Shown here piece by piece: positions 11,945-24,500 of a DNA stretch of 64,000 nt. This DNA is from Basidiobolus meristosporus CBS 931.73 (taxonomy: Eukaryota > Fungi > Basidiobolomycota). Location: contig MCFE01000302.1 of assembly GCA_002104905.1 (NCBI GenBank), forward strand, positions 35,403 to 99,402, written 5' to 3'. The notes beneath the pieces are model-generated. The model had not been told where the DNA came from, ran no database searches, and saw only the letters and a program-made list of their open reading frames with translations. The position numbers and the translations under genes were made by a program. Numbering within the stretch: position 1 is the stretch's first letter; each line of letters begins with the position of its first letter.

Positions 11945-12746
11945 GATTGTCAGTGATTAGGACATATTACGACTTGTAGGAAGCTAAGGAATGGTGTGCT
12001 TAGCAGGAAGCAGAAGCTCTACAGTGAGATATTCAATTGATCCAGAGTGAGAGTAGATCATACATTTGGATATCTATAGAGATTCAGCATATTAGCAGGC
12101 AAATACAGAGGAAAGTCATGTACAGGAGAAAACGGCAGAATAGGTAAAATAGTTAAAATACTTATCAATGCCAGTATATTTGTACAAGAAGACATCCACT
12201 CAGAGAAGTGTGTCTGGAGAATTATGAGGAGTAAATAAAGCAAGAAAAGAACTGTTCTGAGCAACATAATTAAGATTGAGAAAGATAGAAGTAACTGTAT
12301 CCTACCATTGGCATTATAGTAGAAACTAGAGTGCCAGACCAATCCAGTACTATAAACAGGCTGGCACTATGTGGCACTATACAATGGAACAAGTCTGATA
12401 TTGTTATATCACTTTTTTATCAATATTTTAGGAATTCAAGACAGTCTTGTATTTTCCTATGAGAAATTATTGTGATGATCCCATCAAAAGGCTGTCACAG
12501 ATTTGAAGTTCTGTGACTAAGCGGTACTGATCCTGTCAGGACACTGTGAAGAGACCATTGAAAAACAATTGCACCCATGATTTCACAAAAACTTGTTCAG
12601 AATTTTTCATCACAGTAGTATATAAGTGGCTTTTGACTGGTTCCCTGCCAATATGCTGACTTTCTGATACCAGACACTTGATAGTCTCCTACATTTGTGA
12701 GCAATGATTGGCTGTTGCCTCTATTTCACACTCCTTACTTCCTGAC

Positions 12747-13095
12747 TGTTGGAAAAATTTGTAATTCCACCTAAATATTCATCTAACTTAGTCACTTGGA
12801 TCATTACCATCAAATCCTAGAGAACACTGACCAAAATTCCTTGTTGGCACTTACCTAGAATATTCTCACAAAAATACCAAGTACCTGGAACATGAAAATT
12901 CTAAAGTTGTGCAAACAGCCCCAAACTTTACACACATGTTTTTGGGACCTTCCTTAGCCTATTCTATGTGTTTGTTATGCCAAGACCATGCAAAAGTATA
13001 AATTCTACTTTTATATTCAATAAGTCATAAAGTGAAAACCACATAATCTACTTATCCTCCCAATCACTTCCAATATATCCAAGGCTCTTACAACA
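12747..13095 (+). repeat. Solo LTR of a diverged relative of the copia element, opposite orientation
   Basis: 349 bp, TGTTGG..TACAACA, reverse-complement homologue of 6523-6871. TSD imperfect (only GAC duplicated). Confidence 0.85.
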
Positions 13096-13204
13096 GACTC
13101 AACCATTTCTCTTACTTGTCATGTGTACAAGCTGATTTAGTTCTGCTGAAACTTCAGTTGTATCTCAATTGCCAATTGTATTGACCTATACAAGTCCCTA
13201 TACC

Positions 13205-16200
13205 CTACACTAACATTAAGCCCAACCCCACACTCACAAGTATCTCCATTAAAATCCACCAATCAATAAGTATTTCTGCTGTAACACTTTGCTTCCATGA
13301 CTCTGGTGGGAGCCCAACAGCTTTATGCCACTGTTCATTCACTGGTTCCCACACATCCTGGCCTTCAGCCAGCACAGCCAGGTCTAGCACCTCTTCTGCC
13401 AGTCTTTGCAATAAATCCTTGCAATATTCAAGTGCATTTTCTTGAGCACTACTCTTGAAGAAGTGCTGCAACCTCTTGGTGTACCTATTAATGTTCCAAA
13501 ATTCAACTGAAGGTATTGTGATAGTCTTACAAGTTCTTGATGTTGTAGCCTTGTCTGTTGGTGGGATCACCACTCTGTCAACAATGGAGGATGTGGAGGC
13601 TGTGGTAGACAAATTGCCTTTCTTTGCAAACCCATTGACCTTACTGGATTGTAGCTCAACTGGCTGCACTTCCAAATCTTGTGAAAACAGCTATTTTCTT
13701 GTTGGTAATTTTTCTTTGCTATGATGGAATTCAGTCTGTTCTGGGCTTGTAACATTAATTGGCAAGAACTGCAATTTTTTTGCATGCTTCCCTGTCTCAG
13801 GCTTGAGTAGACATTTTTCCTATTTCCTTTTCCTGTATCACTGCCAGGTCTTTCACTGCTACTTTGTCTGAGTGCTTCTTGTAATGAATACATTTTCTCC
13901 TTGATAAATTCTGTTGTGTTGTATTATGATTATTTTAGGGCTTGTTCTACAATATAGAGGCTAATCAACAATATAAAACAACTTTCAGTAAGCTATTACT
14001 GAAATAGTTTGTTGGGAGTTTGATATACCAATAGAAGATATAACTTTCACTAATATCCTCAATCTTAGGCTCAAAACATACTATAGACAGTGATTCTCAC
14101 TTCTACAGCAGTGTTCTGACCTTCTGTTGGCTAATGGGCTTATTTACTTTTATAGTAACTTTTACTTATTAGGAAGTCACTTTCCTTTCTGAGAAAATAT
14201 TTCCTAATATGGAAATTTTGAACTCCCCTTTAACCTAAAGGGGTATCTTACAGTGTTCTCTAAAGTGGCCTTTACACTAAAGGGGTGCCTTAAAGGGGTC
14301 TCTAAAGGGGTCTTTGGACTAAAGGGGTGTCCAAAGGGGTGTCTTTAGAGTAAAGGGACTTCTTAGCGGGGACTTTTCCAACAGAAAAGTAGTGGTTTCT
14401 TGTAGAACTTAGATTGGATTCTTGTGAGCTTTGCAGTCTCTTTACTGATGTAATACCAATCAAAGTCAGAATACTCAACAGTGCAAGTGATGCAGGGGAA
14501 GTCTTATAACCTTTGAACTTGTAATTGTAGTGTGGAGATTCTGGAAAGTGAGGCTCTCTTTTATTTTTCAGCTGGGCAAGTCATATATATGAAATTTCTG
14601 AAGGATCAAAGTGTTTGGGCAATTGCACAAGCAATACATATGATACAAAGCTCAAATCTTGCAGAGTTGCAGATGGGACATAGGCGCAGCACCTTTGAGC
14701 ATTTCACGTGATTTGATTGGCTGGTCCAAAAGTTACATGTGATCAAAGTCACCATAGTAATCCTAGCAATAGAGACCTAGTATATATAATAATTGGACTC
14801 TTTAGGTCATAACTCCTTAAGTACTGCTTCAGATGGGCTGCAATTTGAAACATGTGTTGGCTACTGTGTGTTCTGTATGACATAATATTCCTGGGTGGAT
14901 TGCTTGTCAGGGTCTGGAGTGTTTGTCCTTCAAAGTTTTAAATTCTTGATCTTTCACCTGTGTGTTACAATAGCAAAAAGCAAAATAAAGAAATGAGTGC
15001 AATATTGATTTTGAGATATTGTAGTAATGGAATACTCTCCAATACCACAATTCTTCTCTGACCCATCTGTTTTGGCCTGCTTGTCCCTTGCTAATACTCT
15101 CCTGGCAACCTGATATTTCTTTTCCACTTGTTTCAAGCTCTCAGCTGTAGTTGTGGCAGGCTCCTGAGAAAGCTGCTTATTTTTATCACTGCCAGGCCCT
15201 TCACTGCTACTCTGACTGAGTGCTTCTTGAGTGGTACTACTCTTTTTCCTTGATAAATGTTGTGCTGGTGAATCTGTGTCTGCCTGCTTGTCCCTTGTTG
15301 GCACTCTTCCAGCTACCTGACAACTCTTTGATGCTTGTTTGGAGCTTTTGGCCCTGCATGTAACAGCCTCTTGGGAAAGCTGCTGGTTTTTAGCCACAGC
15401 ACCCTTGTTCTTATGCCTTTGATAGTTTCTATTATTCTTAAGATACTTTCTTAGCATACCAATGCTGACCTAAAATCCATTTGCCTGTTTGAATCCAGGA
15501 TAATGCTGATGAAGCAAGTCAAGCAAATTTAGCTTGGCCTTGAGTTCTTGATGGTCCAATGGTATGCTGGCCTTAAGGTGATGGCGTGCTAGACTTCTAA
15601 TGGTCTCTGGAATATTAGCCCACTCTTTATTATTGCACTTGGCAGCTTCATAGATCTACAGTTTCTTTTGATTTTAGGATATGGTATAAACACTGCATTG
15701 TCTCCCACCCATGCTGTGATAGGCTTTTCTGTGGGCTTTATCTTTGTGCACTGTTATTGTGCTTCAAAGACTGTACAGTGTTCCTGTGCTGTTGCATTAC
15801 ATATGGCACAATTCTTAGCTGTGATATTGAGCTACTTGAGTTCCTTTGTTGCAGCAAAGACACTGCTTTTTCTACCTGGATTATCAATTGCTCCACATGA
15901 ATTATTTGCTCATGTTATTTCTGGACTATTTCCTGATTTTTCTGGGTCATTGTATCTATCCTATTGGCCACTGCACCTAATTGCATCATTAATGCATTGG
16001 TATGAGCTGACAACATACTTGCTAATATGGGTGGTGGTGATATTATGACTGCCACTTGCTGGTCTTTAACTGAGGGTATTGTGTTTTCTACTTTCTCATC
16101 TACCTGAGCAAAATGATCAGCTTGCAGCTCAGCAGAGGTACTTGTTTGCCTACTTGACCAAGTGCCTGAGGAATCCACATTATTACCTTCAGTGGGCACA

Positions 16201-16330
16201 CTTTCAACATGGCCTATTTTGGATAAAGCCCAGCCTGCTGCACTAAATGTCAAAGCAAGCTCTTGTCTACCTGTTCTTCTGCCACCATCAGCAGTGGGGT
16301 TTGGTCTGGAACTAGGTGACTCTTATCTAT
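13205..16330 (-). pseudogene. Partner ORF of the CACTA-like family (Ser/Lys/Gln-rich internal repeats plus conserved C-terminal block), split by solo LTR Y
   Basis: C-terminal block IPSVEFWNINRY..LAEEVLDLAVLAEGQDVWEPVNEQWHKAVG recurs at ~30.0-30.4 kb and ~40.9-41.2 kb. Repeats of the type KQADTDS..KQLSQE. Confidence 0.55.
13912..15049. repeat. Solo LTR (family Y), 1138 bp, with clustered AAAGGGGT motifs
   Basis: TGTTGTG..ACCACA termini, 4-bp TSD ATTC. Removal restores the register of the host repeat. Second partial copy at 49802-50522. Confidence 0.75.
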
Positions 16331-16404
16331 TTTTTGGTGGCATATATATGGAAGTGAGTCAAACCAAAGGGGAAATGGTGCTACATATATGTATATATAT
16401 ATAT

Positions 16405-17222
16405 AACCACCTTGCAGAGGGTATGAATGACTCAGAGCAAGCTTAGAATACTAGGTTCAGAAGCTCCTATAGACTCCCATATCCCAGAGTGTTCTGCAAC
16501 AGGTTCCATATAAGGAATATTTTGGATACCTTCCCAGTCAGGACTAACAGACCTTCTATAGGGCAGAGGCACTTTTACTCTGGCAAGTACAAGGCACACT
16601 GTGTGAAGTTTCAAGCACTGTCTGACATTGAGGGTAACATCATCTGGTTTAGCGGGCCATTTGCTGGAAGTAGGCATGACAAAGCACGGTGGGTAGAGAA
16701 TCATCCAGAATTCAGTAGAGGTGATAAATGTATGGCAGACTTAGCTTATATAGGAGAGAATTGTCAGAGATTAGGATGTATTATAGCTTATAGGAAGCCA
16801 AGGAATGGTGTGCTTAGCAGCAAGCAGAAGCTCTACAATGAGATATTTAATTATTTCAGAGTGATGGTAGAGCATACATTTGGATATCTGAAGAGATTCA
16901 GCATATTGGCAGGTAAATACAGAGGAAAGTCATATATAGGAGAAAACAGCAGAATACGTAAAATAATTAAGATACTTATCAATGCACAGTATATTCATAC
17001 AAGAAGACATCCACTGAGAGAAATGTATCTGCAGTAGTAGGAAGAGTAAATAGAGCAAGGAAAGCACTACTTTGAGCAACTTAAGTAAGATTGATTAAAA
17101 TTACATGTAACTCTATCCTACCACTGGCATTATGGTAGAAATTATAGTGCCAGATGGTGCCATAACAATCTGGCACTATAAACAGGCTGGTACTCTGTGG
17201 CACTATCTAACAGAACAAGTCT
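16405..17222 (+). mobile_element. PHIS transposon copy 3, 5'-truncated (transposase fragment 16489-17037)
   Basis: Highly similar to 1227-2055. Ends AGAACAAGTCT followed by AAT; begins right after a (TA)n tract. Confidence 0.9.
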
Positions 17223-18902
17223 AATATATTTGGTGAAAGATCTGAACAGACCTTGGTCAATGGCAGCTTTAGAAGTGATAACACCATCTTCTTGATTATA
17301 TCCAGTGTAAGACTGTATCATAACAACCAAGTTAACCCTGTTGGGTTGTTCCTCCATCTTTAAGGTGTCACACATCAAAGTATTAACAAGAGGAACTTGT
17401 GCATATTCAAAGAAATTGATGCCACCAGAAGTAATAGTAGAAGGAAAGTAAAGTTGCATACCTTGCTTAATTATGGCAGAAGCAAAAACATTACAAACTG
17501 ACTGGCTGTGATTGGCATAAGGAACCATAGAGGCAGAAATACCCACCATAACCCAAGGATGAATTTGCATTTGATTATACATTAGGTAGTGGCCATGATA
17601 CCCAATGTCACCCAAAAAGACTTGAGATTGCTCATCAAGATCAACAAATTCTATCTTACCAGTATCAAGAAGTTGAGACCAAGAGAGGCAAGTTAATTTG
17701 TTCCAATCTAAGGGGGGACCACAAAGTTTAAGCAAAGGTCTCATAAATTGGCCAGAAGAGGATTTAACATAGAAGATGCAGGGGATGTACCAGCATAAAA
17801 CCCAACCATGGATTCATCAAAAAGTACAAGATACTTAACGTCACAATTATCATAGGATAAGTTTTCTTTCAACTAACTCCAGACATCAGAAAGTTGTGTG
17901 TCAGAAATGGTAGGAAGAAGGCAAGTGAGGGCAAGATGTTTGATAATACAAATGTTTTTACCCCTGGGAACTTCACACATATAGACATATCCTAACTAGG
18001 ATGAATGTGGAGAAGCTGTTGACCTTCTTTAAGCATATTGACAAGTTCATCTTCCAAAAGAGTTCAAAGTCAATATTTGGAATTGGCGACTTTAATAGCA
18101 CAAGTTAAGATTTGGTTGAGAAGGAGATTGGAAGCTTTACCAATCTTGTTACCATAATTGTCACAGTCCATAGGTTGAAGGAGACCCATTGCAGTCATGA
18201 GAGCAAGATAAGTCAACAATATTGGGAGAGTGGGAGGGGAGGTATTTAGATTCAAGAATGCTTAGTTCATCAGGGGAGATGGTATTATCAGATTTGGTCA
18301 TAGAAACTAAAAAGATAGTAGAGACAGTATTAACATGAGATCTGTTGGTGACAAGAAGGGCAAGGATCTTGTATATTTTACCAAAGCCAAAACCTGAACT
18401 ATTTATGACCCAATAAATAGAAAGACATTTGAGACCATTAAGATCATTGTGGGAGGAGGAGACATCAAAATAGAGATCAACAGAATTATTGACACAGACA
18501 CGTAAAGGAAGTGTGGAACCTTTAAGGCAAGTTTTGGAAGAGACAAGATTATCAGCAACAGAGATGTAAGGGATGAAGATGTTGTGTAATTCTTGAATAA
18601 GAGCAACACATTTGATGCCATCAATGATGTAATAACCTTTGTTGTTGATGAGGGGAATATTGCAGACAGGTTTGCCATTGCAGTGGATGTGATGTCCTTT
18701 GTAAGTAAGTTGATGAATGATAGCATCATCAGAAGTTATTTTTAGGGGATGAATTTATGCCATAACCAAATTTATCTTCAAGTTTGGATTTGAATATTTC
18801 TAAGATGTGAGTATGGGAGCGCAAGATGTTAGCATCAAAACTGTATTCAAGGAAGAATTTTTGTAAATGGTTGGAGTAAAGATCAAAGAGGGAGGGAGGC
18901 AT
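17223..18902 (-). pseudogene. Compact, highly diverged multisubunit RNA polymerase second-largest subunit (Rpb2/beta-like), N-terminal part only; virus- or linear-plasmid-like
   Basis: Rpb2 motifs occur in the correct order across frames: ITSDDAIIHQLTYKG; VCNIPLINNKGYYIIDGIKCVALIQE; DCDNYGNK; HIHPS-LGYVYMCEVPRGKNICIIKHLALT; YLVLFDESMVGFY; SSGQFMRPLL; SWSQLLDTGKIEFVD; IHPWVMVGISASMVPYANHSQSVCNVFASAIIKQGM; SYTGYNQEDGVITSKAAIDQGLFRS. Truncated by PHIS copy 3. Confidence 0.88.
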
Positions 18903-19027
18903 AATAGGGTGCTATATATTAGTGGTAGAGCAAGGATGAAGAGCTGCAAAATAATTCTAAGTAATAAGTTTAAATGTAATTAGTCAGCACAAGTAAATTT
19001 AAACTGGGACTAATTGTGGTTTTGAAA

Positions 19028-19290
19028 TTAAAGGCAAACTATCATGTTACCAAAAATACAATCTATTAATAGGGTTATGTCAGAGTTGTTTGATGAATCA
19101 AAGGTATATTTGTCAGAGCCATTAGCAACAGGAGGGCCATATATAAGAAGATTGGTAATGTATATATACAAAGGGTAGACAGATCCAAAGGGTTTGTGCA
19201 TTACAACAGTAAGAAGTCCAGAGGGGCTAATGTTATGATACAGTGGATTATATGAATTGCACAAGGGGAGACAGAAAAAGGAAAAACCTT
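19028..19290 (-). pseudogene. 3' remnant of an unknown ORF upstream of, and co-oriented with, the Rpb2-like gene
   Basis: Open frame ..LCNSYNPLYHNISPSGLL..ITNLLIYGPP..LLIDCIFGNMIVCL*. Same pyrimidine-rich coding strand as the Rpb2-like gene, ~125-nt spacer. Not seen elsewhere in the window. Confidence 0.4.
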
Positions 19291-19574
19291 TTGGTTAACT
19301 AGAATAGTAACATTATACAGTACTAGCGGTAGGCTGCCATATTGCCACTGAAATACTGTCAGGTTTTTTGCCGTATAAGGCAATTGGATGTCCTGGCTGG
19401 TTGGATCCAATTAAAGTAGTTGTAGAGTGCAATAAAATTGCAACAATGCCATGCAATTATCATCACAGCACCTATCAAATCTTGTCAAGTTTTATAACAT
19501 TATTGGGCAGTAAAATTAGCAAAACACTGTTGTAATCTTGTCATACAATTGTTAAGAGGGTCACTAATTCCAAG

Positions 19575-19885
19575 CTGTGTAACATAAGGATACCATATAT
19601 GGTATGAAAGTGTTAGGGATAATGATGTGGCTTTGTCATGTGTTACATGTACTGGAGCAGGTACTTGCCTAATATAGAAGCACTAACATCAAGTAATCTT
19701 ACATAAAGTGAGGGATAACATATGCAATAAGGTAAGCAGTTGTGATAATCAGCCAGCTTATGGGAGAGTCTGATCAAGTAAGACAAATAGGATAAAACTA
19801 ATATAAGGGTAGTAAAAAATGGGGTAGTAGAAAATATTGGAATGAGCACATCTGTCAGTGGGTGTCACTGTGACCCCACTATACA
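19575..19885. repeat. Fragment of LTR family X (relative of the 59445-60548 LTR)
   Basis: Ends GAGCACATCTGTCAGTGGGTGTCACTGTGACCCCACTATACA, matching 60510-60548 and 51570-51610. Confidence 0.75.
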
Positions 19886-20954
19886 TTGTTTGCCTGCTTG
19901 TCCCTAATTGGCACTCTTCCAGCTACCTGACATCTCATTGATGCCTGTCTGGAGCTTTTGGCTCTGCTTCTAACAGGCTCTTAAGGAAGCTGCTGGTTTT
20001 CATTTGTGGCACCCTTGTTCTTCTGCCTTTGGTAGTTTCTGCTATTCAAAGGATACTTTCTTAGCATACTAATGCTGGCCCAAAATCTGTTTGCCTGCTT
20101 GAATCTTGGATAATGCTTATGGAACATGGCAAGTGCATTCTGCTTGGCCTTGAGTTCCCAATTGTCCCATGATATGCTGGGCTTAAAGTGATGGCATGCT
20201 AGACTTCTGTTGGCCTATTGAATATTAGATCCCTCTTCATTATTGCACTTGATGGCTTCACAGATCTACAACATCTTTTGATTCTTAGGCTTTGGTATAA
20301 GCATCAGATTGTCTCCCTCCCAAGCTGTGATAGGTTTTTCTGTGGGCTTTATCTTTGGTCACAGTTGTTGTGCTTCAATGACTGAACATTATTCCTCTGC
20401 TGTTACATCAGAAAATGACTCAATTCTTGTATGTGAGATTGATTTACTTGAGTTCCTTCCTTGCAGCAAAGATACTGCTTTCTCTACCTGGAATATTGAT
20501 TGCTCTGCATGTATTATTTGCTCATCCTGTTTTTGGACTATTTCCTGATTTCTCTGGGCTATTGCACTACCCTATCTGCCACTGCACCTAATTGCTTAAT
20601 TAATGCTTTGGTATGAGCTGGCAACATACATGCCAATATGGGTAGTGGTGATGTTATGACAGCCACTTTCTGGTCTTCAACTGAAGGCACTGCACTTGCT
20701 AAATTTTCATCTACCTGAGCATAACAGTCGGTTTGCAGCTCTGCAGAGGTTCTCAATTGCCTACTTGACTCAGTGACTGAGGAGTCTGCAATATGACCTT
20801 CAGTGGGCACACTGCTAGCATGGCCTTTGTTGGATGTAGCCCTGCTTGTTGCACTCAATGTCAAAGCAAGCTGCTGTCCAACTGTTCTTCTGCTGCCATC
20901 AGCAGTGGGGTTTAGTGGGGAACCAGGCAACTTTACTTTATTTTTTGGCAGCAT
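19886..20954 (-). pseudogene. CACTA-like partner ORF, N-terminal fragment
   Basis: Homologous to 15270-16340; ORF 20559-20954 aligns with 15915-16253. Confidence 0.55.
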
Positions 20955-21567
20955 ATATATGGAAGTGAGTCAAACCAAAGGGGAAATGGTATTACATATA
21001 CATGTGTATACAGTGCCAAAACTTTATTAGTAATGCTCACTTTGGCAGGTCATCATTGAATCCTACATTGATGTAGGTGCAATGTCTCAAATACAATACT
21101 GTCTTAAGTTCCCATGAGTATTGACCAAAAAGTGATATAATAGCATTTTGTTGTTGACAGTCAAACTGTTTGCCCTATGGACAAGACTACTTTGATTAAA
21201 CAACATAAGAGAAGGGGAAAAAGACCATGTGGCTATTGTAATAAACCTCTCAACCATGAAACATGCAGACAGCATAGGAAGTATCACAAGGATCACGGCC
21301 AGTGTTTTGCCACACAAGTCATATCTGACCATTCATTGGTCACTACTGTACCAACATTATCTGCCTGGCCAGTTGATACTTCTATATTATCACCTGGCCA
21401 TCTTTGTCACCTTGCACAAACTGAGTCAGGTGAGCTTGTGATGCCTTTAGGCTAACCTCAACCTTCCAAAAATGGCACACAGAGTGATAGCTCTGACAAA
21501 GATGGTTAACAGATGGATTGTAAGCCTATCTCCCCTAACAGCAGTACCACATATGTGCCTGGTCAAG

Positions 21568-24500
21568 TGTTATGATCTACCACTTAAATGTTTAAGTTAG
21601 ATTAGTTTTTAGTTAAATTAATTAGTTTTATGTTTAGCCTATCAGTACATCAGTGTTATCTCTCAAATCAGTAGTATTAGTCAGCAGATGAATTAGCAGA
21701 TCATGATCAGACAGAAATAGTTATATTAAATAGGATCCAATTGGGTGATGATGATGCAATCAAATGAGTCATCAGCCACAGCCTACATTAGGAAATACAA
21801 TTAGTCAGCAAATGATCTGGCAAAATGTATATAAGGAGCTGCTGGAACCTCAATAAAAAGCAGTTCAAGTTTTAGTGAATACAATACTAGCTAAACTCCC
21901 TATTCCTCTACAACTCTTATACCAAGACTTGTAACATTGGTAGCAGCAATAACCAGAAACCTCCCTCCTGAAGAAAGAAGAAACCACCCTCAAGATGATG
22001 GACAATCAAGAATGGAAGAATGCCATGCAGCAAATCCTGGCCCAACAGCAACAGTTACTCCAGATCCTCAGCCAACAGCAACAAGGAATGACTACCATAG
22101 CTCAGAGCCAGCAAAGCCCTGTCATGAGCAACTTTAGTGTAAAGGTCAACCGGTACCATGGCAGAGTCAACAAAAACCTGGGAACTTGGCTCTTTCAGAT
22201 TGAAGAAGCTTTTAAAGCTAAAGGAATTGCTCCAGAAAGCAAGTTGCTTTATGCAGCTTCTTACCTGGCAGATTCAGCTTTACAGTGGTACCACAACAAG
22301 ATCAGGTCAGCCACTATGATGGGATGCTCTACAATCTCTACCTGGGATGAGTTTGTGTCAGAAATTCAGGATGCCTTTGAGCCCCCACACCAACAGACAC
22401 TACTAAGAAGAAAGTTGAAGACACTCAGATAAAAAGGAATGATCCAAGAGTACATCTATGAATATAGATGTCTACTTAGGCAAATTGAAAGAATGGACCC
22501 TCTGGATCAAGTTGAATACTTTATTGATGGATTGAAAGAAAGAACTTGTAAGGAAGTGAATTATTGAAGACCTCAGACTATTGAAGAAGCCATCAAGATT
22601 GCCATTGACTATGACTCAGCTATGTTTGGAGTTGGGAAGCCTACAATGACTAATCAGATAGGCTACAATCACTATGAGAGAAAACAATCAGAAGCAGCGC
22701 CAATGGAAATAGATGCTATGCAGAAGAATCCTACCTCAGAAGAATGTAAGAAGTAAGGACTTTGCTTCAATTGCCACCAGCAAGGACATATTGCAAAGTA
22801 CTGCCCTCAGAGAAGAAATGGACACCAGCCAACAAGAACCTTCAACCATATTGAGTCCCATGAACACAGTAATGTGGAAGATGAGCATGAAGAAGACTTG
22901 GAACTCACCTTCCATATGACAGAAGAGTACTTGTCCCAAATGACCTCAAACTCAGGGAAGTTATTGTACTTGAATGGAGTAATCAATGGAGTACCTGGCA
23001 ATATCATGATTGACTGAGGAGCATTGCATGAGTACATGTCAGAGCAATTTGCTCTGAAAGCTGGAATCAACTTGGAACCTACCAAATCAACCTCAGTCTG
23101 AACAGCTGATGGGAACTCTGACATAATCAACCGTATTACTCAGCCAGTAAGAATGAGGAGCAATGACTATGAAGAAGACCTACAGGCTTATATATTTGGG
23201 AACTGCAAGTTTGACCTTGTACTTGGAAAAACCTGGCTATTTTGTTGTAATCCATCAATCAACTGGAGAACCCATGCTACTCAGATCCAAAAGGACAACA
23301 AGACCTATGAGCTAATACCTGCCAGGCTGGATTTCAACTTGGTCAATTCCAGTATGTGTGAGACAAGTGAACTTAGCAAGACCCAGTTCTGTAGAGCACT
23401 TAGAAAAGGTACTCAGATGTTCCACATGGCAGTATTACATGAGGATTCCTCTACCCCAGCACCCCAGCAGGTCCAGACTCTCTTGAAAAAATATTCACAT
23501 GTGTTTCCAAATGAGCTTGTGAGCCCACCACCAGACAGAGATGTGGATCATGCCATTGACACAGGAGATAGCCCTCCAGTGAGCAAGACACCTTACAGAA
23601 TGAGTCCATTGGAATTGGAGGAAATGAAGAGACAAATTGATCAGCTATTGGAGCAAGGATATATCAGACCCAGCAAGTCACCTTGGGGAGCACCAGTGCT
23701 TTTTGTGGAGAAGAAGAATGGAACACTTAGGATGTGCGTTGACTACAGAGCCCTGAACTCAGTTACCGTCAAGAATGAGTACCCCATACCTTGGATTGAT
23801 GAGCTTTTGAGCCAATTTAATGGAGCCACCATATTCAGCAAGATTGACCTCATGTCAGGATATAACCAGATTAGGGTGAAACCAGAAGATATCCCTAAGA
23901 CAGCATTCAGGACCAGATATGGACATTACAAGTACTTAGTCATGAGTTTTAGCCTTACCAATGCCCCTGCAACATTCATGACCCTGATGCAGACTGTCTT
24001 CCCAGAGTACTTAGACAAGTTTGTGATAATCTATCTAGATGACATATTGATATACAGCAAGACAGAAGAGGATCACTTGGTACACATTGAAAAGGTCTTG
24101 AAGAAGCTAAGAGAGAACAAGCTATACGGAAAGCTAGCTAAGTGTGAATTCTTCAAGGAACATGTTGAATATCTGGGACTCATAGTGACTAGCACAGGAG
24201 TGACCTTAGACCCTAAGAAGGTTGAAGTTATCAAGAATTTGAAGCAGACCCATAGCATATCAGAATTCAGATCATTCCTTGGAATAGCATCCTATTATTG
24301 GAGATTTGTCAAGTCCTTTGCAAGCATTGCAGCCTCTTTAACTGATATCCTCAAGAAAGACAACACCTATAAGTGGGACATAGCCTGCAAGACTGTGTTT
24401 CAGATGCTCACAAATGAACTCGCTAAGCCGCCAAGCTTAAGAATACCAGACTTCAGAAAAGAGTTTACCCTGTGCACAGCTGCTTCAGATTATGCAATGG

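Larger units (their letters stand above)
4024..12396 (+). mobile_element. PHIS (Pangu-like) transposon copy 2, complete (~2.95 kb net), interrupted by a copia element
   Basis: TIRs AGACTTGTTCC (4024) and GGAACAAGTCT (12386-12396). TSD AAT/GAT. The joined flanks match the empty-site homologue at ~21100-21250 (reverse complement). Confidence 0.9.

Noticed and set aside
14222-14400. CRISPR-like or telomeric array
   Set aside because: Irregular 8-bp motifs without spacers or a fixed period; eukaryotic LTR context.
17142-17222. C-terminal tail RLVLLDSATEY..HLAL of ORF 17142-17744
   Set aside because: Read-through into the antisense strand of the PHIS 3' end; not part of the polymerase.
17223-18902. 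Functional or recently processed host RPB2
   Set aside because: Multiple frameshifts and stops, truncated, and far too diverged and compact in motifs that are near-invariant in cellular enzymes.
19291-19410. N-terminal part of ORF 19201-19410 as a viral gene
   Set aside because: Sequence above ~19300 matches the CACTA-like downstream repeat (62080-62300), so the ORF is a chimeric artefact.
23015-23017. Selenocysteine or an alternative genetic code at the shared TGA
   Set aside because: No SECIS-like structure identified, and other ORFs use standard stops; shared descent is simpler.
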